64,000 bases of DNA, taken from assembly GCF_016433145.1 (NCBI RefSeq), contig NC_058131.1:35793650-35857649 (forward strand), in the 5' to 3' direction. A program made the position numbers and the translations under genes. Origin of the DNA: Gracilinanus agilis. Lineage: Eukaryota. Of the stretch, positions 38,808 to 51,190 are shown one piece after another (positions within the stretch are counted from its first letter, which is position 1; every line of letters begins with the position of its first letter). Below the pieces are notes generated by a model. The model was not told the DNA's origin. It worked only from the letters and a program-made list of their open reading frames with translations, and made no database searches.

Positions 38808-41172
38808 TTTTTTATTTGAAAATTTTTATTTAATTAATTGATTTAGAATATTTTTCCATGGTTACATGATTCATATTCATTGCTTTTTAAAATTTATCTT
38901 TATTTTATTGATTAAAAATTAAGAAAAATTTTCCATGGTTACAAGATTCATATTCTTTCCCTCTCCTCCTCCCACCCCCTCCCATAGCCAACGCAACCTA
39001 TTGCCATATTATTGATATTGATATTGCCACTTGGGTGGTCGTTTAGAGTCTACATCCCCAATCATATCCCATTGACCCATGTGATCAAGCAGTTGTTTTT
39101 CTTCTGTGTTTCTGCTCCCACAGTTCTTTCTCAGGATGTGAATAGCGTTCTTTCTCATAGGTCCCTCAGAAATGTTTTGGATCATCGCATTGCTGCTAGT
39201 GGAGAAGTCCATTACAATCGATTGTGCCACAGTGTATCCATCTCTGTGTATATGGTTCTCCTGGTTCTGCTCCTTTCACTCTGCATTGTAAAGATCGCAG
39301 TTGCAAAGATGTAGCTTGCAGGCCCAGAGCCCCGGCTGTGAACTCAAGTCTCCGGGAGGGTGGGTGGGTGGGGGGGGGGAAGGAAAACAAGTAAATAGAA
39401 CTACTCCTTCCCCCTTCCTCTGGAAGTTCAAGGCTCAAGGAGGTGGTTTAACTGAAATGTCTGTGGACCAATGTAGCTGCCTATCTGACAAGCTTTTCCA
39501 GGGCTAAATTTGATATAAAATGAGAATAACTTCACAGGAAATTGATGACTTTATCTATTTGAGATTTATCCCCTAAACAATGATGGTTAATTGGCTCAGG
39601 ATGTCTTCAAAGATGATTCCTTTCTCTCAGGATCCTAACTGCCTCCCAAGATGGAGGCTGACCTAGGTAATATATGTGTTTAGGCTTAACTAGGATAGGT
39701 AAAGAATTTACATACCTCACTGACAACTAATAACAAGGGTTTAATAACTTGGAGGGTCTGGGTAGATGATATGTACAGGAAAGAGGGAAAGGTAAAAATT
39801 GTCTAATTTATCTTCAGTACTATCAGGACAGCTTCTCCCCTAATGGGGAAAGCCCCAACAGACATCTTCTTTCCCTAACTATCTTACAAAGTAATCTGTA
39901 TCTCAATATTAACTAGGAATAAATGCAAGATGGTTAAAAGTATCTTGATTGGAGATCTGTAGATTCAGGTTTTGTTGAGATACTCCTAGCTGGATTTCTT
40001 TGCATCAGTAACTAAATCAGAGGTCAGTGTGGGATAGTTTTGATGATTGCTTCTATGGGTAAATATCTAACATCTACCAAGCTCCTTAGATCAGACTTGT
40101 TAGGCTTCAAAGAGAAGTAGAAAACCCACTATCACATCCACCCAGTATCCTGTCCCCCCCAAAGAATGCTTGACTCAAGCTTGGGGTGCTGTTTTATACC
40201 CACATTCTTAACTGTCCTAACTGTCCCTCTCTTGGGGATCTATGGGGTAATTCACCCCACTTAAGATTCTTCTGGTTACAGCATCAATTCCTGGAGGTCG
40301 TTCCAGTTCACATAGAATTCCTCTAGTTCATTATTCCTTTGAGCACAATAGTATTCCATCACCAACAGATAACCACAATTTTTTCATCCATTCTACAATC
40401 AAAGGGCATCCCCTCATTTTCCATTTTTTTGGCACCACAAAGAGCATGGCTATATTTTTGCAAAAGTCTTTTTCTTTAATATCTCTTTGGGTTATAAACC
40501 CAGCAGTGGTATGGCTGGATCAAAGGGTAGACAGTCTTTTAAAGCCCTTTGGGCACAGTTCCAAATTGCCTTCCAGAATGGTTGGTTCAATTCATAACTC
40601 CACCAGCAATGCATTAATTTCCCAATTTTGCCACATCCCCTCCAACATTCACCACTTTCCTTTGCTGTCACATTAGCCAATCTTCTAGGCGTGAGGTGGT
40701 ACCTCAGTTGTTTTGATTTGGATTTCTCTAATTATAAGAGATTTAGAACACTTTATCATGTGTTTATTGATAGTTTTGATTTCTTTATCTGAAAATTGCC
40801 TATTCATGTCCCTTGCCCACTTATCAGTTGGGGAATGGCTTAATTTTTTGTACAATTGATTTACCTCTGTATAAATTTGAGTAATTAGACCTTTGTCAGA
40901 GGTTTTTGTCATAAAGATTTTTACCCAATTTTTTGCTTCCCTTCTAATTTTGGTCACATTGGTTTTCTTTTGTACAAAACCTTTTAAATTTAATGCTATC
41001 AAAATTATTCATTTTACATTTTGTAATATTCTCTATCTCTTGCTTGGGCTTAAAGTCTTTCCTTTTCCATAGATCTGACAGGTAAACTATTCCATGTTCA
41101 CCTAATTTACTTATAATTTCCTTCTTTATATTTAAGTAATTCACCCATTCTGACTTTATCTTGGTGTAGGGT
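38808..41172 (-). mobile_element. L1 3' portion interrupted by a solo LTR and abutting the hAT
   Basis: ORF2 C-terminal and 3'UTR sequence. It reads continuously across the LTR (ctctgcat|LTR|gcatcaattcc). Confidence 0.88.
39287..40280 (-). mobile_element. Solo LTR (994 bp) with 4-bp TSD
   Basis: TGTAA..TTACA termini and TSD GCAT at 39283-39286 and 40281-40284. A 4-bp TSD is typical of gamma-like ERVs. Strand is inferred from TATA/ATTAAA motifs. Confidence 0.85.
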
Positions 41173-41540
41173 CCTGATGGTGAACCTATGGCATGCGTGT
41201 CAGCACTGACAGGTGTAGCCATTTTTTATGACATGCAGCCGCTGCATACAGAGAAGCATGGGACCGCATGCCAAGAATGAAACATTTGCTGTAGTGTAGT
41301 GTAGACACTCTGTGCCAGAGGTCTTTAGGCCAAAACAACAGAACTCCAGCACAGGGCCTCTAGTTCTGGGACTTCCGGGCTGTTAGGAGATCATTGACCT
41401 CAATTCTGGTTGGTGGAGCAGGGAGCAGTGGAATGCCATGGGGGATGCATCTCTGGGGTCCCTGTGATCTCCATTGCCAGCAACCACATAACCACAGCTA
41501 CCATCATCTATTCTACTGTTCTGGGATGTTTTGGATTTCT

Positions 41541-41770
41541 TTTTTTTTTTAATTTTAATTTTGAATATTTTCTCCTAGTTACATATTTCATGTTCTTTTC
41601 CTTTCCCCCAAGCCTCCGTAACCCCCCTTAGCCAATGCACAATTCCAGTAGGTTTTACATGTAACACTGATCAAGACCTAACTCCATATTATTAGTAGTT
41701 GGACTAGAGTTATTGTTTAGTGTCTATATCCCCAATAATATCCCCAACAGCCCATGTGTTCAAGCAGTTG
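41541..41770 (-). mobile_element. Short L1 3' fragment inserted inside the hAT
   Basis: Poly-T tail and 11-bp TSD TTTGGATTTCT at 41530-41540 and 41771-41781. Confidence 0.8.
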
Positions 41771-42099
41771 TTTGGATTTCTAATTGACCATCATTACTTA
41801 GATAAGTGAGGGGGAGGCTGGGAGAGGTGAGGGCCTATGCTATGGGTGCCATTTTCTGCCATTAGAAATAGCGGCAGCCATCTTAATTTACATAGGGAAT
41901 GCCATCTTGCAGTATAGTGGAGACTCTATTTCACTACTACTACTGTTGTGCATCCTTATAAATCCCTATTTCTGCTTATTAACCCTTCCCTTTCCTAAAA
42001 AATGGTTACCATCTTGTGGTCAGTTAGGCTAGTTAATCCCTAATTGCCTGCAGGGCTAACAGGATATCTATAATTCTATCTTCTGTCACTGCCTTCCTG

Positions 42100-44012
42100 A
42101 TGGAGACCCCCCCCCCAAAAAAAAAAAAAAAAAAAAAACCAAGGTTAAGTAAAGGAAGTGGTAGTACCAGTAGCTGACCCTTTCAAGAGACATGGACCAA
42201 GATATATGGCATTATAGAAAAAATGGCAGACCATTTTACATTCTATGTACTGAAACTGTAGTAAGCAGACATGGAATATAAATAGATATTTTGAAACTCA
42301 TCATTCCCAGCTCTTGAAAAAAATGAGGATGAAAGGAAGGAATACATTTCCAGGCAGCTACACCTTTATAAGACCCAATCTAATTCCATCTTTAAATTTG
42401 TAAAAAGTACAAATTTAACATCTGCAAGTTTGAGCATTGCTCACTCCATAGCTCAGCATGGAAAAGCACTCAGTGAGGGAGAATTTATTAAAGAAACTCT
42501 CCTAAGATGTGCACCAGTTCTATTTCACAACATGAAGAATAAAGATGCAATTATTAAGAGAATATCTGAGATACCACTCAGTAGAAATATCATAAAAGAT
42601 CAAATAATGAGACTGAACACAAACGTACAACATTAATTAGAGACATAAGTAATTGTAAATATTTTTTGATCTCTCTTGATGAAACTACTGATGTTACATC
42701 ACATGCTCAGTTGGCCATTATTGGTCAATATTCTGATGGTCTCACAATGAGAGAAGAGTTGATAAAGTTAGTATCAGTGCCAACAAGTACATCAGGAAGT
42801 GAAATATGTAAGGTTGTTACACAAACATTCTGTGACCTAAGCATTGATATCTCTAAAGCTGTGTCAGTGACGACAGATGGGGCACCAAACATGGTGGGAA
42901 AAAACATCAGATTTGTCAAATTGTTTATGGAAGCTACTGGACTTCAGATTATGCCTTTTCATTGTGTTCTCCATCAGGAGGCTTTATGTGCCAAGACAGG
43001 ATTAAACAACTTAATGTCAGTTGTTACAAAAATAGTTAATTTAATAACTGCTTACTCCCTTCACTTTTCTGCATTTTTACTGGAGATTGATTCCACCTAC
43101 TGTGGACTGCTAATGTACAATAATATAAGATGGCTGAGTCGAGGCAAAGTTCTTGAGTGCTTTGTGGAGTGTTTTGAAGAAACTTTCTTCAGCTCAATGA
43201 TGATAAGTGGGTCAACACCCTGATGTTTTTTACAGATCTCTCTGTTCATATTAATGAACTGAATTTAAAGTTACAAGGTTATGGCAAAAGTATTGATGTT
43301 ATGTTTGGATATATAAAAGCTTTTGAAAATAAACTTAAAATTTTCAAGCGAGATGTAGAAACTAAAACTTATAAGTATTTTCCTTGAGTAACAAACTATT
43401 TTGAGAAGACCAGTGCAGCTATACAAAATGAAATAGAACCTTTGCATAGAAAGTACCAGCATGTTTTAGACTCGTTACTTGACCAGTTCAGTGATAGATT
43501 TAATCAATTAAAAGCCTAGAACAGACCATGAAAATAATTAAGTATCCTGATGTAGTAGTCTACAGTATTTTGGAATTAAATGGTTTCCAATGGATGCAAA
43601 TTGATGATTTGGAGATGTAACTTAGAGAATTTAAAGAACAGCATCTGGGCTCAGGTGTTTGTCAACTTGAGGTCAAAGCTTGAGAATCTGGAAAGGTGCC
43701 ACTTGGAGAATCAAGAGGAGTGGCACTATGAACAGAAAATTTTGAGTGCCTAGAACTGATTACCAGACACTTTTAGTACCCTGAAAAATATAGCAATGGC
43801 TTTACTCACAATTTTGAACCTCTATGTACTTTTGTGAGACCTTGTTCTCAGTGTTAAATAATATCAAAATCATCAAAAGAAACAGATTGACAGATGAACA
43901 TAGTAGTTCTTGCTTGGGCTTGAAGTGTACAAAATCCAACCTTCAATTAAAGATTTAGTGGCTAAATGAATTTTCATTAGCCAATGAAATTCAGCAACAA
44001 AAAAGTCACTAA
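42100..44012 (+). pseudogene. Disrupted hAT transposase
   Basis: BED-like N-terminus, ISLDETTD, VTTDGAPNM, HCVLHQEAL, IRWLSRG and a dimerisation domain. Multiple stops and frameshifts, plus an expanded poly-A at ~42117-42138. Confidence 0.92.
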
Positions 44013-44325
44013 TAGGCAGGTTAGTTAAAGAATTCCCCTTCCCCTCACTTATCTTTGTTCACAGCACCCCATACAAGTTAAATAATATCAAGACCAACAA
44101 AAGAAACCGACTGATAGATGAACAAAGAAGTCACTAAGCAGGTAAGTTAAATAATTCGTTTTTGGTTTATTAAATACAGTTATATATTACAATTATACAT
44201 TTTTAACTTTAAACTACAAATATCACGAAATTATGTTTTTTTTCTCTAAGTGTAACACCACCTGAGTTATGCTCAGTTTTTTGGTGAATTTTGACACATC
44301 AAGCTCAAAAGGTTGCCCATCAGGG

Positions 44326-45072
44326 TTTAGATCAGCATCTCAAACCCTATACCAAGATAAATTTGGAACTTTGCCCAAAGGGCTTTAAAATAATGCCTGC
44401 CCTTTGATCCAGCCATACCACTGCTGGGTTTGTACCCCAAAGAAATAATAAGCAAAAATACTTGGACAAAACATTCATAGCTGTGCTCTTTTTGGTGGCA
44501 AAATACTGGAAAACGAGGGAGTTTCCACTGATTGGGGAATGGCTGAACAAACTGTGGTATCTATTGTGCTGAAAGGAATAATGAGCTGGAGGAATTCCAT
44601 GTGAACTGGAAAGACCTCCAGGAATTGATGCAGAGCAAAAGGTGCATAATCAGGAGAACATTGTACACAGATACTGATACATTATGGCACAATCAAACAT
44701 AATGGACTTCTCAACTAGCAGCAATGCAATGATTCAATACAATCCAGAAGAACTTGTGAGAAAGAATGCTATCAACATCCTGAGAAAGAACTGTGGGAGC
44801 AGAAATGCAGAAGAAAAACATTTACTTGATCACATGGTTCAATAGGGATATGATTGGGGGTGTTGACTTTAAATGATCACTCTTGCAAATATTAATAAAA
44901 TGGAAATAGGTTTTGAAGAGTGATACATGTAAAACCCAGTAGAATTGCTTGTTAGCTCTGGGAGGGGGAATGGAGGAGGGGAAGCAAAGGATATGAATCA
45001 TATAACCAAGGAAAAATATCCCAAATTAATTAATTAAATAAATGATTTTGTTTAAAATAATAAAAATTAAAA
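44326..45072 (+). mobile_element. L1 3' fragment with internal deletion
   Basis: 36 nt of ORF2 (tttagatcagcatctcaaaccctataccaagataaa) is fused to the downstream ORF2 end/3'UTR, followed by an A-rich tail. Confidence 0.85.
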
Positions 45073-45809
45073 AGGGCCAGTTTCACTGGCATTATACTTT
45101 TTCACATATTAAAATAAAAAAGAACATGGAAAATGTATGCCATCTTTATCTGTTTATTAATGGTTATCAGGGTTGGTTTGCTCCTGGCCACACTACATTC
45201 CTGAGGAGTTCCTCATGTACTCTTTCTGGTGACTTGGGGTCTCCAGGGCCCCCTGGGCTCCTATTCTATCCTTCCCCTTTCTAATATCTAAAGGATAAAA
45301 AATAAGAAAGGCAGTCTATTTTCTGTAACTTCTAGGCTGAAAATGGGGCATAGAGGTGTCTCTGATGGGCAAGGAGAGAAAGGGAGAGGTGGGTTCCTGG
45401 GGGCACCATTCAGGGGTCATAGGGACATGGCTTCAGGGAACACTTGGATCCTAGAAGCAAACAGAAATCCAAAGGGTCTGCCTCTCTTCATTGAAGGGTG
45501 GGGTGCAGGTGGAATTGGTTCAGTCCCTGAGGCAGAAGTAATAGGAAGAAAGACTGAAGTAATGAATAAAACCAGAAGAATCTAGTATAGTAGCAATGGA
45601 AAGCATTGACTACCATCAGGCCTCTCTACATTTTAGTACCTTATCCCCAATGCCAACAAAGCCCATCTCAGAAGCAATCTTTTGACAGGTAGGGATAGAT
45701 TTCCTTCTCAGTAAACTTGCTTTTTTTTGTTTGAAAGTCAGAGTACACACTAATGGACATGATTCTTCATCTAGATCTATTTCTTCTCAGTTTCTTCTTT
45801 TCCCCTCAG

Positions 45810-46132
45810 GGTCCTAAGGAGGTATTTTACTGACCCAGTCTCCAGCTTTCCTGTCTGTCACTCCTGGAGAAACAGCCACCATCAATTGAAGAGCCAATCA
45901 GGACATTAGGAAATATTTAGCCCTTTACCAGCAGTCACTGGGGCAAATTCCCAAGTCCATGTTTTATGATGTTTCCAAGATGAGGTCTGGGATCTCTACC
46001 TGCTCCAGTGGTCCTGGGTCTGGGACAGACTACACTCTCACCGTCAGCAAGATGGAGTCAGATGTTGCACATTGCTAGTGTCAGAAATATGATAAATTCC
46101 CTCCCATAGAGCTGCAGTCTTGAATAAAAACC
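45810..46132 (+). pseudogene. IGKV: Vkappa pseudogene psi-B
   Basis: Acceptor cccctcag, then ILLTQSPAFLSVTPGETATIN*. Cys23 is TGA, Trp is lost and YYC is decayed. The RSS remnant is catagag-12-ataaaaacc (46105-46132). No leader was found. Confidence 0.92.
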
Positions 46133-47281
46133 TCCCCAGAGCCTGGAGTCCTTTAGCTCACAGAAGCAACTGCTTTATTCATGGTCTAAAAGCCAGAACA
46201 GCCCTTGAACCCAGGGGAGCAATGGGTATCATTCAGTCATACTCTGGAGGTCAAGAATCCTAGCCTGTCCCATGGTTGTGAGGCAAATAGGGCCAAAAGA
46301 AGAGGATACAGATCCCTCTCCTCTTGCCTGTGACAGACAGGTTCACAATCTACCTTCCTCGTCCTCCAGTCAAGCTGGTCTCCTTGCTCTCACCTTCCCA
46401 AGTCCTTTTCTGTGTAGGCTGCTCACACAAAATCCATCAGTGATCTTCTCATTCAGAGGAAGTATTTGAAGGACTTCTTGGAAGAAACTGAACTGACAAC
46501 TATGAATGCTCTTCAACAGGCTTGCACTGATAGGGAGGACCAGGACAAGATCATTACATCCATTTGGGGGCCTCCCATTTGGGGAATATATCCATAGCTA
46601 AGGCCCTGCCATCACTGAGAAGTCACCAGCTCTTCTCCCCAGAACTGGAGTGCATCAGCAGTGGGCTTGACTGTGACACCTTCAGTAAAAGAATTTTATT
46701 GTCCAAGCTGGGGAAGTGAGCATCATCCTGGAAAGCTTGTTTTAAACTTCTCATTCTAGCCTCTTATCTGTTACTCTCCTGGGGTAAAATAGGGGTGTAA
46801 GTGTTTAGTGTATATCTAGTATCAAGCCCATGTTCCTACATGACACATAGATACTCACTGGCAACCAGGCACTCAAACCTGATCCTTTACCAGCTCTTCT
46901 TCCATTATTTAGCCACTAGTGAGTTCCTTGGACAGCAAGGAGACCAAATCAGTCAACACTTAGAGCAATTAATTCACACTCTTCATTGGAAGGAGAAATA
47001 CTGAAGCAGAAGCTGAAATACTTTTGCCATGTAATGAGAAGACAGGACTTCAGAATTATATTAAATGCAATGTCTCATCATTCAGGAAATGGCTAGAATT
47101 CAAACATGCTTCTTCCCTTTTACAGAAAAGGGCTTAACTTTAAGGGTGGTAGGAGGATTATGTTGTCAGACATGGAAATTATATTGACTTGTTTTGTCTA
47201 ACTATTTTCTGTGCAAAGTTGTGTTAGGATGTATATTTGAGAGGTTACAACCAAGAAAAATGAACAACTAAATATAGTAAC

Positions 47282-48128
47282 TGTAGAGAAATATTTGTTA
47301 ATTAATTAAGTTAATTAGGAAATAGAGTTAGGTAGCATAATTTATTGATAGATACATGAGGTTAAAAAGTTGGTTTTCTTTAAATCTGAATTGAATCTCA
47401 AGGATGATTGATGGGAGAGAACTTTATCAAGGAGCTTTGAGAAAGGCGGTTGATCTAACGATTCTCTCTTTTGGATGACGTGGTTCAAGAAAAGTTGTTC
47501 AAAGAGTGACTCTGCAAATTTGGAATATCTTGGTGAATGCACATTCTGAAAATCCATCTAATCAAGCCATAGGAGATTACTGGGTGAAGTACCAGTGATT
47601 TCCCCAATAGGTGGCAGCAAAGTCTGTCCTGGTAGAGTGAAGAAGGCAGTGGAATCTGACCAGCTGGAAATCACATCTGAGCAGCAGGAAAGAGAAACCT
47701 AACTTATTCTTTGTTTATAAGTTTATAATTTCGATTAGGATAGATAGATAAAGATTTTGGGGTTCTAGATAAATATAGATAAAAAAGATAAATAGGAAGA
47801 AAGAATAGCTTCAACTCTGTTGAAGGAGAATAAAGTACTTGCAGACCAGATTGGTTGGGTGGTTATAGTTAAGATTTATTAGTATAGGGATCTACATAAT
47901 ATAAGAAATACCTTTCTACCTGTTTTCTTTTAGTATCCCTTCCTTTAGAATTTATACCTACAATAAATATATTTTTATAGATCTGCCCTGAGCCAGAATT
48001 CTTTTAGACTGCTTAGAGAAGCCATCTTTATAACAGTCAAAACAGCAACTTGTCTACTCAAAACACAGCTATTGGTATATAAGCATATCAATACCAATAA
48101 TCTATAAGGGTCAATAACCCATATTACA
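47282..48128 (+). mobile_element. 5' LTR of an ERV remnant
   Basis: TGTAGAG..ATTACA with AATAAA inside, directly followed by a PBS-like sequence. The 5' boundary is approximate. Confidence 0.6.
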
Positions 48129-48130
48129 TT

Positions 48131-48140
48131 TGGCGAGCCA
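48131..48140 (+). other. Primer-binding site (tRNA-Arg-like)
   Basis: TGGCGAGCCA lies 2 nt after the LTR end. It is complementary to the 3' end of tRNA-Arg(ACG) as recalled (..TGGCTCGCCA). Confidence 0.6.
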
Positions 48141-48549
48141 ATTTAGGGAACAAAAGAATCTGATAACAACAAGAAAATTACTGTTTATATTTTAAAACAA
48201 GTCAAATACAGAAAGGGTTCTCAGTTGCCCAAAACTTCAAGTGCAGCTCCTCTTCAGCACCAAGGAGAGCACAAAGGGCTGTGTGTCTCCTACTGCCAGC
48301 ACCAAGTTTCACAGAAACAGGGTCTGCAGTGATTGCTAAAATCAACAATGACGTGGATCAGATTACAATATCTAAATATGGGGAATATTACCCAAATGGT
48401 TAACAAAACAATCCAATGATACATCCAGGAAATACCTTTGCCTAACCCTCTATACCAGATGCTGTGTTTATCACTTTTGGATATCCTGTACTGGTTTCTG
48501 TTGGGATATCTGGGGATGCTTGTGCTGTCCTTCTGTAGGAAGTCTGTTG

Positions 48550-50528
48550 TTTACATCCTAAATTTGTTCATATCATGGAAATTAAAATAGATCAGGGATA
48601 ATGAATGTGATTTGAAGGTGCTATATCTGGAAGGGGTCATAAATGGACAAGGGAAATTTATTGAAGAGATGAGGAAGAAATTGAATATGATCACCAATGT
48701 AGTACAGGCTCCTGTACAAACAAAACTTGAGCAGGAGACAGCAGAGCTAGAGAATGCTGTTGGGGGATGGGGTGGCTTCCCACTGGATGAGGTACCATGG
48801 TGATGAATAACAAAAAGCTGGTTACTGTCAAACAAAGGGAAAGCTTGACCCAAATGGATCCCAATAGTTTTAAGAAGAATACTTCCTCCTTTGAAAAGGA
48901 GCCTATTGCAGTAATTAGAAAATTCGAGAAGATTATAAAGAAGTATGATCCTAGATACTGACATGGACATATTGATGGATGAATTATTGACAAAAAGAGA
49001 AAATGGACAGATAGTTTCAGAAACAGTAGAGCAGCCAGGATTTTCCCCAGATTGGGATGTGAATATTCCCGAAGATTATGATGAATTTGTAAGAGCAAGG
49101 GAGGCACTAATTCACACTATGGGACAACACTCCAATAGACTCGGGACTTGGGCCAGTTTTGAATAGCTAAGACAGGAAGTGGGAGAAACACCTTCCAAAT
49201 TTATGGACAGATTAATTGACCTGGGTGAACATTATTTGTCCTTAGACATCGCAACAGATAAAGACATTAAACAATTAAGAAGGCAATTCATAAAGAATTC
49301 GTGCAAGGTGGACCTGTGATATTTTCAACAAAGTTGTCCTGACTGGCCAGAATTGTCTCTAGCTGACATCTGGAGAGTTGCTATATATATTTTTCAAGTG
49401 GACCATGACAAAAAAGAGAATGATACATTTGATTTAGTGGAAGACCTAAAGAAAGAGATTAGAGAATAGAGATATGAAAATGGAAATAAATAGAACAGAC
49501 AAAAAAAAGACTGTGATAGTACCAATGAAAGAATACATGCAGCCTAAGCAGTTTTTTACCCAGCAATGGTATTTTTGTGGAAATTATGGGCTTTTTATGA
49601 GGCAGTGTAGATCCTGAGGCAGACAAAATGGAAGATTTTACAGGATTTTACCTAGTTATCCTAGTAACTATGAAAGCAGATTTCATCAAAGGTCTGCCCA
49701 AGTAGAAGATATGGCAATGATGCAAACTTGTATTAAGAATGGTGATAGAGGGGGCAGCTGGGCAGCTCAGTGGATTGAGAGCCAGGACTAGAGACAGGAG
49801 GTCCTAGGTTCAAATCTGGCCTCAGATACTTCCCAGCTATGTGACCCTGGGCAAGTCACTTGACCCCTGTTGCCTACCCTTACCACTCTTCTGCCTTAGA
49901 GCCAATCCACAGTATTGACTCCAAGACGGAAGTTAAGGGTTATAAAAAAAAGAATGGTGATAGAAACTAATACTCTCAGGTGGTTAGTGGCAACATTCCA
50001 GAAGGCTGAATCACTGAAGGGAGCACATGTGGGAAGTGCATTATGAACTTTTTTTCCAGGGAAATGGACCAGATAATGAGGATGTAGACAAGGATATGGA
50101 CATACAGTCTATGGATGTAGAAAAAGAAATGCGAGGGGCAATAAATGAACTGAATGAATTAGAAAATGAAGGACAGGAAGATGAGTTTAGGTTTCCTGAT
50201 CCAACTGTTATGATTCTTGTTATCCTGGTCCACACCCTGCCTCAAAGCACAGAATCCTATGTCATCCTAAAAGTGGGAAATGCAACTTATGTCTTTTGGA
50301 CATTGGAGCCTCTAAGTCAACGTTAAAGAAGTCACCTGATAGGTTGTGTGATAGTGTGGGATCGATGCAAGTTGTGGGAATCTCAGGAACACCACAAGAA
50401 GTAAAGAGGTTACCATTTCATATGGTTTCCTTGGGGTCCCTGAGTATGGAGCATTCTTTCCTGCTCATGCCAAATTTGTCAGCAGATCTTTTGGTCAGAG
50501 ACTTATTATATAAGTTGAGGTGTACCAT
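48550..50528 (+). pseudogene. ERV gag-pro remnant (gamma-like)
   Basis: Capsid-like SPDWDVN and LRQEVGETPSKFMDRL, a degenerate Zn knuckle (YFCGNYGLFMRQC), and protease motifs LDIGASKS and LLVRDLLYKL. Many disablements; no pol seen. Confidence 0.8.
49750..49949 (+). mobile_element. Full-length SINE inserted in ERV gag, 15-bp TSD
   Basis: TSD AAGAATGGTGATAGA at 49735-49749 and 49950-49964, with a TT/AAGA target site. Confidence 0.93.
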
Positions 50529-51190
50529 TGTTGTGAGGAAGATTATTTAGATATTTGATAGGAGACTTAGCAGGAAGGGCCAGAGAATTCCAAGATGGAA
50601 TGAAGAAACAGGAAGTGTGTGCTTGCTCACTGAGAGAGACTCCATGGTGGTTGGGACAAGTTGCAATTGATCCTAGGAGACCTCAGTTTACCAGTGATCC
50701 TGTGGAAAGACCATCACCTACATGTGGGAGATTTTGGTAGAGACTATTAGTCCCAACCTGAGCTGCAGGTCAACTTGGGCTGGGTTAGCTCCCAGAATCT
50801 GCCCACCTGGAAGAGTGCAGCAGGAGGTCCTGGAGAAGCAGAATCATCTTTGGAGTGAGACTGGACACTACTGTGAAGAAATCCACTTCTTTCTTTGCTT
50901 TCCCTCTGAGCCCTGCCAGACTTAGGCCTCAGTTTAGCATAGCTAAGTCCCTTTCCTTGACCCTGGGTTGGCCCTTAGTCTTCAAGTGTAGGAAACCCTA
51001 ATTCCCATCCTTTGCCTTAGGTTGTCCTTGATTGAAAGGTGTTGCTTTTACTTATGAACCTCTTGCTTTTACTTTACTGGTTTCCATAGGCCTAGTCTTG
51101 AGTCTTCAGAGTGGCAGTTGGCCTAATTTCATCAACTGACACCCCTTAGCTGTTAAACTTAGTCTCCCTATTTGTTTGGTCCTGTTTTCA
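50529..51190. mobile_element. LTR-like element truncating the ERV
   Basis: TGTTGTGAGG..TTTTCA. The sequence is unlike the 5' LTR, and there is no TSD. Confidence 0.4.

Larger units (their letters stand above)
41172..44325 (+). mobile_element. hAT DNA transposon (Charlie/SPIN/Buster subgroup), near full length
   Basis: Terminal inverted repeats TCCTGATGGTGAACCT (41172-41187) and AGGTTGCCCATCAGGG (44310-44325) match at 13/16 and enclose a transposase remnant. No clean TSD. Confidence 0.88.

Noticed and set aside
46455-46600. Exon-like stretch after an AG (RKYLKDFLEETEL..)
   Set aside because: Short, stops in frame, has no donor site and no recognisable family.
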